Shown piece after piece: positions 28,425-36,718 of a stretch of 64,000 nucleotides of DNA. Position numbers and translations under genes: made by a program. The notes beneath the pieces were generated by a model. That model was not told the origin of the DNA, ran no database searches, and worked only from the letters and a program-made list of their open reading frames with translations. This stretch comes from Candidatus Falkowbacteria bacterium GW2011_GWF2_43_32 (GTDB taxonomy: Bacteria > Patescibacteriota > Patescibacteriia > Patescibacteriales > UBA12465), in contig LCGL01000001.1 in assembly GCA_000999715.1 (NCBI GenBank), forward strand, positions 3,139 through 67,138, written 5' to 3'. Numbering within the stretch: the first letter of the stretch is position 1; each line of letters opens with the position of its first letter.

Positions 28425-29084
28425 TTAATTGGTCTTCTCTTTCTTAAGATAACGATCGCTTATGGTTTTGACGATGCTCTCCGTCAATAACAAATTTTTA
28501 TGATTTAATAAATCCAACAAATTGATATTTTCCAAATTAATGATTTTGACGCCGGTCAAATTGCGCGCGGAATATTTGGTCATTTCATCCTGAGAATCGT
28601 TAACCACCAAAATATCGCGTCGGTCGGTATTTAAAATCTTTTTTTCCACCGCCGTCAACAAAGCGTTAAAAGTTTTGGTTTTATATTCTTTAAACTGCAA
28701 ATTATCCAACACCACCAAAGATTCGGTGGCCACTTTGTCCGATAAAACCATCAAAAAAGCTTTTTGTTTCATTTTTTGATTAATTTTTTTCTTGAAATTG
28801 CGATCTTTGGTCGGACCGAAAGTCACACCGCCGCCGATCCAAATCGGCGAACGACTGGAGCCGGCGCGCGCGCGACCGGTACCTTTCTGTTTCCAGGGTT
28901 TTTTACCGCCGCCGGAAACTTCACTGCGGTCCTTGGTGTGCGCCAAAACTTGGCGAGAATTCGCCTGTTGGGCGACCATCGCCTGATGCAATAACTCGTT
29001 ATTGGGCTTGAGACCGAAAATTTTCTCGGATAATTCCAGATCCTTAACGGCGACAGCGGCTTGATTGTAAACTTTTATCTTCAT
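28425..29084 (-). CDS. rplD: 50S ribosomal protein L4
   Basis: KPWKQKGTGRARAGSSRSPIWIGGGVTFGP; synteny. Confidence 0.95.
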   Translation of the reverse strand: MKIKVYNQAAVAVKDLELSEKIFGLKPNNELLHQAMVAQQANSRQVLAHTKDRSEVSGGGKKPWKQKGTGRARAGSSRSPIWIGGGVTFGPTKDRNFKKKINQKMKQKAFLMVLSDKVATESLVVLDNLQFKEYKTKTFNALLTAVEKKILNTDRRDILVVNDSQDEMTKYSARNLTGVKIINLENINLLDLLNHKNLLLTESIVKTISDRYLKKEKTN

Positions 29085-29086
29085 AT

Positions 29087-29980
29087 TTATTTAGTTTGAT
29101 CCTTGTCTTTTTTTTCGTCTGACACGGCTTCGCTGGCTTCCGATTTGACTTCTTCCGTCTTGGCTTCTGCCGGTTTATTTTCTTGAACCGGCGCCTCCAC
29201 CTTGACTTCTTCCGTCCTGGCTTCTTCCATCTGGGTTTCTTCTTGTTTGTTTTCCGTCACCGGCGCCTCAGTCTTCGCTTCTTCCGGTTTGCCTTCTTCA
29301 ACCGCAGACGTTTCCTTGATTTCTTCTTTAACCGTTTGAGCGGCTGTTTTTAAATTAACCTGCAAATCGCCTTTGCTCCGAATCATCACTAGACTGTGCA
29401 AAGCGCCCGGAACCGCTCCGGCCACAAATAAAATATTATTTTCGGCGTCAATCGCCGCTATTTTTAAATTGGTGGTAGTTACTCTGTCGCCGCCCATTCT
29501 TCCGGCCATCCGCGTGCCTTTGAAAACGTGCGCCGGACCTTTGGCGCCGATGGATCCCGGCATTCTTTCCTGATCTTTGTTACCGTGCGTTTTGCGGAAA
29601 CCGTGAAAATGATGACGTTTCACTACGCCCTGAAAACCGCGACCCTTGGAAACGCCGCTAACATCAATGATATCGCCGACCGCAAAAGTCTCCACGCTGA
29701 CAACATCGCCTTCTTTGAAGGAGGGTGCTTCATCAACACGAAATTCCCGAACATGTTTCGGTTTAAGGCCGGTTTTTTTAAAATGCCCGCGCTGAGGTTT
29801 GTTGATATTCTTTTCTTTGCGTTCGCCAAAACCCATCTGCAAGGCGTTATAGCCGTCGGAAGTTTTATTTTTAACTTGCGTAATCACGCAAGGACCGGCC
29901 GATACCGGCGTTACCGCCACGACTTCGTCGCCGGACCAAATTTGCGTCATCATCGCTTTTTCTCCTAGAATAAATTTCAT
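29087..29980 (-). CDS. rplC: 50S ribosomal protein L3 with a repetitive E/K/T-rich C-terminal tail of about 85 aa
   Basis: GVSKGRGFQGVVKRHHF core; synteny. Confidence 0.9.
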   Translation of the reverse strand: MKFILGEKAMMTQIWSGDEVVAVTPVSAGPCVITQVKNKTSDGYNALQMGFGERKEKNINKPQRGHFKKTGLKPKHVREFRVDEAPSFKEGDVVSVETFAVGDIIDVSGVSKGRGFQGVVKRHHFHGFRKTHGNKDQERMPGSIGAKGPAHVFKGTRMAGRMGGDRVTTTNLKIAAIDAENNILFVAGAVPGALHSLVMIRSKGDLQVNLKTAAQTVKEEIKETSAVEEGKPEEAKTEAPVTENKQEETQMEEARTEEVKVEAPVQENKPAEAKTEEVKSEASEAVSDEKKDKDQTK

Positions 29981-30012
29981 AAACTATTTTTACAGACTGA
30001 ATTTAAAATAAA

Positions 30013-30032
30013 AACTGGTCGGAAAACCAGTT
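30013..30032 (-). terminator. Terminator-like hairpin inside the rpsJ-rplC spacer
   Basis: On the minus strand, AACUGGU-UUUCCG-ACCAGUU followed by UUUUAUUUUAAAU. Confidence 0.45.
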
Positions 30033-30193
30033 GAAAACAACAACAAAAAATAAATTAAAACTTTTATTTTTTACTTGTTCTTTTGACTGACTGATTTACC
30101 TCCTAATTTTGGCTAATTTTCACTTAAACACTTTCTAAAATGTTAGAGTTATTTAAACGAGTATAGGCCAAATAATATTACTTTTTTATACTA

Positions 30194-30535
30194 CTACATT
30201 TTTATTTCCACGTCAACCCCGGCCGGTAAGCTCAAATTCGTCAAATCATCGATGGTTTTGGAGCTGGGATTAATGATATCAATCATACGCTTGTGAATCC
30301 GCATTTCATATTGATCGCGCGCGTCTTTATGAACGAAAGTGGAACGATTAACGGTATATTTCCGTTTTTCCGTCGGTAACGGAATCGGTCCAAAAAACTG
30401 CGCGTCGGATCGGCCGACGGTTTCAATAATGGTTTTGGTGGATTGATCGATGATTTTATGATCAAAAGCTTTAATCTTGATTCTGATTCGCTGTTTAAAA
30501 TCTTTATCTTTCTCGTCTTTTTTGTTTTCGGACAT
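30194..30535 (-). CDS. rpsJ: 30S ribosomal protein S10
   Basis: [24 protein letters not shown]; synteny. Confidence 0.95.
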   Translation of the reverse strand: MSENKKDEKDKDFKQRIRIKIKAFDHKIIDQSTKTIIETVGRSDAQFFGPIPLPTEKRKYTVNRSTFVHKDARDQYEMRIHKRMIDIINPSSKTIDDLTNLSLPAGVDVEIKM

Positions 30536-30561
30536 AGTAATTAATTAAATATACACTACAA

Positions 30562-30594
30562 CCTCGCCCTACCCGATTATCGGAAAGAGCGAGG
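30562..30594 (-). promoter_or_regulatory. Structured tuf-rpsJ intercistronic hairpin (leader or terminator candidate)
   Basis: CCTCGC...GCGAGG outer stem enclosing a CCGAT-T-ATCGG inner stem; 13 nt after the tuf stop and 27 nt before the rpsJ ATG. Confidence 0.3.
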
Positions 30595-30606
30595 CAAAGT
30601 ATCTAC

Positions 30607-31794
30607 TTATTTCAAAATTTTAGTGACCACGCCCGCGCCGACGGTCCGTCCGCCTTCACGAATGGTAAACTTCTGCTTGTCTTCCAAGGCAATCGGTGAA
30701 ATCAACTTGACGTTTAAGTTGGTGGTATCGCCCGGCATAACCATTTCCGTTCCGGTCGGCAAAGTAATGTCGCCGGTAACATCGGTGGTTTTGAAATAAA
30801 ATTGCGGTTTATAGCCGTTGAAAAACGGTTTATGGCGACCACCTTCTTCTTTGGACAAGACATAAACTTCCGCCGTAAATTCGGTGTGCGGCGTGATTGA
30901 ACCCGGTTTGCATAAAACCTGACCGCGTTCCACTTCGTCTTTCTTGGTGCCGCGCAACAGAATGCCGGCGTTATCTCCCGCCTGTCCTTGATCCAAAGAC
31001 TTGTTGAACATTTCAATGCCGGTAACGGTGGTCTTTTTGGTATCCATCAAACCGACGATTTCCACTTCATCGCCAACCTTGATGATACCTCTTTCAATAC
31101 GACCGGTAACTACGGTGCCGCGTCCTTCAATGGAGAAAATATCTTCAATCGGCATTAAATACGGATGATCGATATCGCGAGTCGGCTCCGGAATATAAGT
31201 ATCCAAAGCTTCCATCAATTTCATAATCGGTTCCGCATCCGCGCCGGTCGAATTTTCCAAAGCCTTCAAGGCGCTACCGCGAATAATCGGGGTAGTGTCG
31301 CCCGGGAATTCGTATTTTTTCAATAAATCGCGAATTTCTTCTTCCACCAAATCAATCAATTCTTTATCTTCAACCATGTCGCATTTGTTCAAAAAAACGA
31401 TGATATAAGGCACGCCAACCTGTCTGGCCAACAAAATATGTTCTCTGGTTTGAGGCATCGCGCCATCGGTCGCGGCCACCACTAAAATCGCTCCGTCCAT
31501 TTGAGCGGCGCCGGTAATCATGTTCTTCACATAATCGGCGTGACCCGGACAATCGACGTGCGCGTAGTGTCTCTTTTCCGACTCATATTCCACGTGAGCG
31601 GTGGCGATAGTAATACCGCGAGCCTTTTCTTCCGGAGCGGCATCGATTTCATTGACGCCTTTTTTGGAAGCTTTCATGCCCTTGGCATTGAAAACGGACA
31701 ACATCGCGGCGGTCAGCGTGGTTTTCCCATGGTCAACGTGGCCAATAGTACCGACGTTAACATGGGGCTTAGTGCGTTCAAATTTGTCTGCCAT
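30607..31794 (-). CDS. tuf: Elongation factor Tu
   Basis: [22 protein letters not shown]; 395 aa. Confidence 0.97.
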   Translation of the reverse strand: MADKFERTKPHVNVGTIGHVDHGKTTLTAAMLSVFNAKGMKASKKGVNEIDAAPEEKARGITIATAHVEYESEKRHYAHVDCPGHADYVKNMITGAAQMDGAILVVAATDGAMPQTREHILLARQVGVPYIIVFLNKCDMVEDKELIDLVEEEIRDLLKKYEFPGDTTPIIRGSALKALENSTGADAEPIMKLMEALDTYIPEPTRDIDHPYLMPIEDIFSIEGRGTVVTGRIERGIIKVGDEVEIVGLMDTKKTTVTGIEMFNKSLDQGQAGDNAGILLRGTKKDEVERGQVLCKPGSITPHTEFTAEVYVLSKEEGGRHKPFFNGYKPQFYFKTTDVTGDITLPTGTEMVMPGDTTNLNVKLISPIALEDKQKFTIREGGRTVGAGVVTKILK

Positions 31795-31810
31795 GTTTTT
31801 GTTGTACGGC

Positions 31811-31833
31811 CCCCGTTTGCCACGGGGTTTTTT
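31811..31833 (+). terminator. GC hairpin + T6 that reads as a terminator on the plus strand (antisense to the tuf 5' UTR)
   Basis: CCCCG-TTTGCCA-CGGGG then TTTTTT, 17 nt from the tuf ATG. On the minus strand the stem has no U-tract after it. Confidence 0.3.
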
Positions 31834-31898
31834 CCCTAATGGATTAGATCCATCGCCGGAAACCAGCCGAACTAAATTAAATTATTATTAATAAATTA

Positions 31899-32258
31899 TT
31901 ATTCTTGAATTTCTCGCGCCTTGTCTTTCACTTGCGGCGGAATTTGCCAAGCCTGTTTAGGCTTGTTTTCCTCGGTCGCGGAAGACAAATCATCCCGATT
32001 TTTCCACATCGAGATTTCGCGATTAATTTTATCAGTTAAATCTTCTTCTGTCAAATTTTCCGTCTGATCGGATTTTACCTCGGATTTGGCGGAAACTGGG
32101 GAAAAATTACCTGAATTTCCTGTTGCCGCCAGTTCGCTATAATTGTCAAAATTCATGATAACATAAGAATCGTCGGGGGCATTGCCGTCAAACACGATTA
32201 CCCGATCGCCGGTTTTTTTCACTAAATTTAAAATTTTTTTTAACTGCTCTGGGAACAT
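31899..32258 (-). CDS. Hypothetical protein inserted between fusA and tuf (N-terminus loosely Phd/YefM-like)
   Basis: 119-aa ORF. DRVIVFDGNAPDDSYVIMNFDNYSEL resembles the YefM ..[23 protein letters not shown] pattern; acidic, disordered C-terminus. Confidence 0.45.
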   Translation of the reverse strand: MFPEQLKKILNLVKKTGDRVIVFDGNAPDDSYVIMNFDNYSELAATGNSGNFSPVSAKSEVKSDQTENLTEEDLTDKINREISMWKNRDDLSSATEENKPKQAWQIPPQVKDKAREIQE

Positions 32259-32267
32259 ATAGTAAAT

Positions 32268-32385
32268 GTAAAATTAGAAATTGTGTTTTAAGGAGCGATT
32301 GTTCTTTTCGTCCAGCAAAATTTAGCGATAGCTAAATTTTGCCACAGAAAAGAACTAGCGGGAAAAACATAATTTCTGATTTTAC
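32268..32385 (+). ncRNA. Long-hairpin intergenic element, copy C (strand assignment tentative)
   Basis: 22-bp outer stem with a different sequence from copy B but still fully paired (two G.U on the plus strand). Loops and inner 9-bp stem identical to copy B; a different, still perfectly paired 12-bp apical stem. The right arm overlaps the fusA stop. Confidence 0.55.
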
Positions 32386-34460
32386 TTCCCTTTCTTTTCC
32401 TTAATCGCTTCTAAAATATTTCTTGGCACTTCGGCGTAATGAGAAAATTCCATGACATAACTGGCGCGCCCTTGACTCATGGAACGCAAAGACGTGGCGT
32501 AACCGAACATTTCCGCCAAAGGTACTTTCGCCTTAACCACTTTCACGTTGGCACGATCGGTCATTTCTTCAATCTGGCCGCGCTTGCTGTTCAAATCGCC
32601 GATAATATTGCCCATATAATCCTCCGGAGTAACCACTTCCACTTTCATAATCGGTTCCAACAAAACGGCCCCGGCTTTCTGACAAGCGTCTCGGAAAGCA
32701 AAAATAGCCGCCATTTTAAAAGCAATTTCCGAAGAATCAACTTCATGATAAGAACCGTAGAATACGGCCGCTTTAATATCCACCATCGGATAACCGGCCA
32801 CACCGCCGGACAGCAACGCTTCCTTGACGCCCTTTTCAATCGCCGGAATATATTCGCGCGGAATAACGCCGCCTTTCACTTCGTCCGCAAATTCAAAACC
32901 CGAACCGGCGGGCAAAGGCTCAATCCGTAAAGAGCAATGACCGTACTGACCGCGTCCGCCCGATTGCTTAACGTATTTATTCTCCGCTTCCGCTGTTTTG
33001 GTAATGGTTTCCCGATAAGAAACTTGGGGGTTGCCGACATTGGCTTCCACGCCGAATTCCCTTTTCATGCGATCAACAATAATTTCCAAATGTAATTCTC
33101 CCATGCCGGAAATCAACACCTGATTGGTTTCTTCATCGCTCTCCACGCGGAAAGTCGGATCTTCTTCGGCCAAGCGCTGTAAAGCGACGCCCATTTTTTC
33201 TTGATCGGCTTTAGTCTTCGGTTCCACGGCAATCTTAATGACCGGCTCCGGAAAAGTGATGGATTCCAATAGCAAAGGCACGGCTTCATCGCACAGCGTA
33301 TTGCCGGTTGTCGTATTCTTCAAACCGATAACCGCGGCAATGTCGCCGGCATATATTTCTTTGATTTCTTCGCGATGGTTGGCGTGCATGCGCACCAGAC
33401 GACCGATTCTCTCTTTAGTTCCTTTGGAAGAATTGGTGATATAAGATCCGGCCGATAAAACGCCCTGATAAACTCGCACAAAACACAATTTACCGACAAA
33501 AGGATCGGTGGCGATTTTAAACGCCAAGCCGATAAACGGTTTATCGTCGTCGGCTCTGATCGGGACTTTCTTTTCCGGATCGCGCACATCGCTGGCTTCG
33601 ACTTCCGGTACGTCCAACGGAGACGGCAAATACTCGGTCACGGCATCCAAAACCAATTGCACGCCGATATTTTGCAAAGCCGTTCCGCACAAAACCGGAT
33701 AAATAATATTGGCAATAACGCCTTTTCTGATAGCCGCTTTCAGCTCATCCAAAGATATTTCCTGACCGGCTAAATATTTTTCCATGGTCGCTTCATCGCA
33801 TTCCACGGCTTTTTCCACCAATTCATTGTAATATTGATCCACTTTTTCCTTCATGTCTTCCGGCACGGGAATTTCTTCAACATTGACGCCGTTCACGCCG
33901 GAAAATTTATAAGCCTTTTTGGTCAACAAATCAATGATGCCGCTGAGATTGTTTTCCGCACCGATAGGCAATTGTACGGCCACGGCTTTTTGATTCAAGC
34001 GCGTCCGAATTGACTGTAAACTCATATAAAAATCCGCGCCCATTTTATCCATTTTATTAATGAAACAAAGACGCGGAACCTGATATTTATCCGCTTGCCG
34101 CCAAACCGTTTCCGATTGCGGCTCCACCCCGGCCTGACCGTCAAAAACCGCCACCGCGCCGTCTAAAACGCGTAAGGAACGTTCCACTTCCACCGTAAAA
34201 TCCACGTGTCCGGGAGTGTCGATAATATTAATTTTCTTATTTTTCCAAAAACAAGTTGTGGCCGCCGAGGTAATCGTGATGCCTCTTTCTTTCTCCTGCT
34301 CCATCCAGTCCATTTCCGCCGCGCCCTCGTGCACTTCGCCGATCTTGTGTTTTTTACCGGTATAAAAAAGAACGCGCTCGGTAAAAGTCGTTTTGCCGGC
34401 GTCGATGTGGGCCATAATGCCGATGTTTCTAATGTTTTCTAAAGCGTAGTCTCGGGCCAT
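32382..34460 (-). CDS. fusA: Elongation factor G
   Basis: [21 protein letters not shown]; 692 aa. Confidence 0.97.
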   Translation of the reverse strand: MARDYALENIRNIGIMAHIDAGKTTFTERVLFYTGKKHKIGEVHEGAAEMDWMEQEKERGITITSAATTCFWKNKKINIIDTPGHVDFTVEVERSLRVLDGAVAVFDGQAGVEPQSETVWRQADKYQVPRLCFINKMDKMGADFYMSLQSIRTRLNQKAVAVQLPIGAENNLSGIIDLLTKKAYKFSGVNGVNVEEIPVPEDMKEKVDQYYNELVEKAVECDEATMEKYLAGQEISLDELKAAIRKGVIANIIYPVLCGTALQNIGVQLVLDAVTEYLPSPLDVPEVEASDVRDPEKKVPIRADDDKPFIGLAFKIATDPFVGKLCFVRVYQGVLSAGSYITNSSKGTKERIGRLVRMHANHREEIKEIYAGDIAAVIGLKNTTTGNTLCDEAVPLLLESITFPEPVIKIAVEPKTKADQEKMGVALQRLAEEDPTFRVESDEETNQVLISGMGELHLEIIVDRMKREFGVEANVGNPQVSYRETITKTAEAENKYVKQSGGRGQYGHCSLRIEPLPAGSGFEFADEVKGGVIPREYIPAIEKGVKEALLSGGVAGYPMVDIKAAVFYGSYHEVDSSEIAFKMAAIFAFRDACQKAGAVLLEPIMKVEVVTPEDYMGNIIGDLNSKRGQIEEMTDRANVKVVKAKVPLAEMFGYATSLRSMSQGRASYVMEFSHYAEVPRNILEAIKEKKGK

Positions 34461-34546
34461 AATTATAAAATTATTTATTGAAATTGAAATTGAAAATTGA
34501 TTATTTTTGAGTAGAATTTAGAAAGAAATCACAAGTTAAAGAAGTT

Positions 34547-34650
34547 AAATTTTGAGACGGATTTAAGGAAAAGACGAGGAGCGAACCGAGCCGTATTAAC
34601 ATACGGCGAGGGAGAACCGGAGTCTTTGACGAAAAAGCCGACCAAAATTT
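34547..34650 (+). ncRNA. Degenerate relative of the long-hairpin element (copy D)
   Basis: Outer stems AAATTTTG/CAAAATTT and AAAGAC/GTCTTT; 5' loop GAGGAGCGAA conserved; central GCCGTA-TTAACA-TACGGC hairpin; lacks the 9-bp stem and the GUNNA/CACA loop. Confidence 0.35.
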
Positions 34651-34659
34651 AGCTTCGCC

Positions 34660-35127
34660 TTATCTGGAAAAATGAGCGAAAGCTTTGTTGGATTCCGCCA
34701 TCTTATGAACAGCTTCTCTTTTTCTGAAAGCCGCGCCGTCGCCGTTGGAAGCGTCCAAAATCTCATAAGCCAATTTTTCCGCCATGGAATGACCTTTCCG
34801 GTCTTCCGCCGCCACAATCATCCAATTACAAGCCAAAAAATAGCGTCTTTCGCCTCGAACTTGAAACGGCACCTGGTAATTGGCGCCACCGACGCGCTTG
34901 CCGCGCACTTCCACCAAAGGCGAAACTTTTTTAATCGCTTTATTGAAAATATGGCGCGGATCCTGTTTGGTTTTGTCCTTTAAAATATCAAAAGCGCCAT
35001 AGACGATTTTCTCGGCGGCACTTTTCTTGCCGCGCTCCATGACGTAATTAATAAATTTGGCGATGCTGACATCGTTATATTTGGCGTCGCCCTCAACGGC
35101 TCTTTTTGGTGCTGGTTTACCTCTCAT
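34660..35127 (-). CDS. rpsG: 30S ribosomal protein S7
   Basis: DAKYNDVSIAKFINYVM..GKKS; str-operon synteny. Confidence 0.95.
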   Translation of the reverse strand: MRGKPAPKRAVEGDAKYNDVSIAKFINYVMERGKKSAAEKIVYGAFDILKDKTKQDPRHIFNKAIKKVSPLVEVRGKRVGGANYQVPFQVRGERRYFLACNWMIVAAEDRKGHSMAEKLAYEILDASNGDGAAFRKREAVHKMAESNKAFAHFSR

Positions 35128-35148
35128 ATGAATTGAATAAATTAAAAA

Positions 35149-35568
35149 TTATGCTTTCGGCTTTTTGGCACCATAGCAACTGCGCCCTTGACGTCTGGCT
35201 TCCACGCCGGAAGCGTCAAAAACGCCGCGCACCACTTTATAGCGTACACCCGGCAAATCTTTCGTTTTTCCGCCCTTGACCAGAACGATGGAGTGCTCCT
35301 GCAAATTATGGCCCATGCCCGGAATATAGGCGGTCACTTCCATGCCGTTAGACAAGCGCACGCGAGCGATTTTCCGCAAAGCCGAGTTCGGTTTCTTGGG
35401 AGTGGTCGTGGTCACTTTTAAACAGACTCCCTGTTTGAACGGGGCGCCTTTGGCCGTATCTTTCTTTTTACGATGCAAAGAATCAAGACTGACGTGAAGC
35501 GCCAAAGCGTTCCGTCTTTGGGATATTTTTTTGCGACCGTGACGAATTAACTGATTGGTAGTTGGCAT
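35149..35568 (-). CDS. rpsL: 30S ribosomal protein S12
   Basis: [20 protein letters not shown]; synteny. Confidence 0.97.
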   Translation of the reverse strand: MPTTNQLIRHGRKKISQRRNALALHVSLDSLHRKKKDTAKGAPFKQGVCLKVTTTTPKKPNSALRKIARVRLSNGMEVTAYIPGMGHNLQEHSIVLVKGGKTKDLPGVRYKVVRGVFDASGVEARRQGRSCYGAKKPKA

Positions 35569-35595
35569 AAGTTAAATTTATGATAAGCAAAAATA

Positions 35596-35613
35596 ATCCT
35601 GAGTACTCAGGAT
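35596..35613. promoter_or_regulatory. Perfect 18-bp palindrome ATCCTGAGTACTCAGGAT in the rpsL leader
   Basis: Lies between a minus-strand TATAAT (plus ATTATA at 35619-35624) and the rpsL ATG; operator or 5' hairpin candidate. Confidence 0.4.
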
Positions 35614-35716
35614 AAATATTATACTAGGCTTTTATACTAATTTAATTTAACAAAATCTACGGAGGAAGTCAAGGGTCGCGAAAGCATTATTTTGAATCAA
35701 AATTTTCCGATAAAAT

Positions 35717-36316
35717 CTAACTCCCCACAATCATCCTGAATAAAAAATTGACAATCGGGATAATCATTCCTCCCGCTAACATTACGAATAAAATTATCAA
35801 AATAAAGCCGGCGCGTTCACTGCCCAAATAACGGGCGCGGACGCTCGGCGACAAAAACACCGCCAGAATTTTGGAACCGTCCAGGGGAGGAATCGGCACC
35901 AAGTTGAAAACCATCAAAACCAGGTTAATATACACTACCACTCCCAAGAGTCCGATGAAGGTGATGTTAAAAACCGGCAGAACCCGAATCAGCAAACCGA
36001 AAGACAAAGCGATAATAAAATTAGCCAAAGGTCCGGCTAAAGCCACTTTCGCTTCGCCGTATTTCCGATCTTTCAGATTATAAGGATTATACGGCACCGG
36101 TTTGGCCCAACCGAAAACAAAAGGCATTTTAGTGATAATCATCACCAAGGGCAAGAAAAAAGACCCGAACCATTCCAGATGCGCCAAGGGGTTTAAAGTC
36201 AAACGTCCGGCATTTTTCGCGGTGGAATCGCCAAGACGATAAGCCATCCAGCCATGCATATATTCATGAGCAATGGCCGAAAAAATAAAAACGATAATTT
36301 GGAAGATTTCAATCAT
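35717..36316 (-). CDS. Site-2 protease family (M50) membrane metalloprotease
   Basis: HEYMHG zinc motif and NLVPIPPLDGSKIL motif; multi-TM. Confidence 0.85.
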   Translation of the reverse strand: MIEIFQIIVFIFSAIAHEYMHGWMAYRLGDSTAKNAGRLTLNPLAHLEWFGSFFLPLVMIITKMPFVFGWAKPVPYNPYNLKDRKYGEAKVALAGPLANFIIALSFGLLIRVLPVFNITFIGLLGVVVYINLVLMVFNLVPIPPLDGSKILAVFLSPSVRARYLGSERAGFILIILFVMLAGGMIIPIVNFLFRMIVGS

Positions 36317-36446
36317 ATTGACTCTATTCTATCACATCTTGATTATTTTTTAAAACATTGCTAGCATATAAGCATTATTGACTAATTTTCCGGTTTGTTT
36401 CCGATAAAGACTTGTCTTGAACGGATTGGACCGAATAATAATTTTT

Positions 36447-36653
36447 ATGGCCAAGAAATGTGATCTGTGCGGACGCAGCGCCACCAAAGGCGCCAGCCGA
36501 TCTCACTCCAAGATTAAAACTCTTAAAAGACAAAACATCAATTTGCAAAGCAAAGTAATCGACGGCCTTAAAGCAAAGGTTTGTTCGTCCTGCCTGCGAA
36601 CGATGGTCAAGCCGAAACGCGTCAAAGCGAAAAGAAAACCGGCGAAAAAATAA
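36447..36653 (+). CDS. rpmB: 50S ribosomal protein L28
   Basis: MAKKCDLCGRSATKGASRSHSKIKTLKRQNINLQ. Start at ATG 36447, inside the longer ORF-track call. Confidence 0.9.
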   Translation: MAKKCDLCGRSATKGASRSHSKIKTLKRQNINLQSKVIDGLKAKVCSSCLRTMVKPKRVKAKRKPAKK

Positions 36654-36681
36654 GGAAACAATAATTATCACGGATATTTTT

Positions 36682-36718
36682 AAAAATCGCTCGCTTCCGT
36701 AGGGGGGGGGCGATTTTT
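36682..36718. terminator. Bidirectional terminator between convergent rpmB and comEC
   Basis: AAAAATCGC ... GCGATTTTT stem with a 19-nt loop containing a G9 tract (36702-36710). Confidence 0.45.

Noticed and set aside
34478-34500. Microrepeat TTGAAATTGAAATTGAAAATTGA as a possible CRISPR or tandem-repeat locus
   Set aside because: Only about three units of 6-7 nt, no spacers and no cas genes; most likely a simple AT-rich slippage repeat.
35660-35690. Fragment resembling the right arm of hairpin copy A (cggaggaa...gaaagcattat) upstream of the rpsL promoter
   Set aside because: Only 8-nt and 11-nt matches interrupted by 12 nt, and no complementary left arm nearby. It may be a decayed remnant but cannot be supported.
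36702-36710. G9 homopolymer tract as a phase-variation switch
   Set aside because: It lies in the loop of an intergenic terminator between convergent genes, not in a coding region or promoter spacer, so there is no obvious phase-variable consequence.
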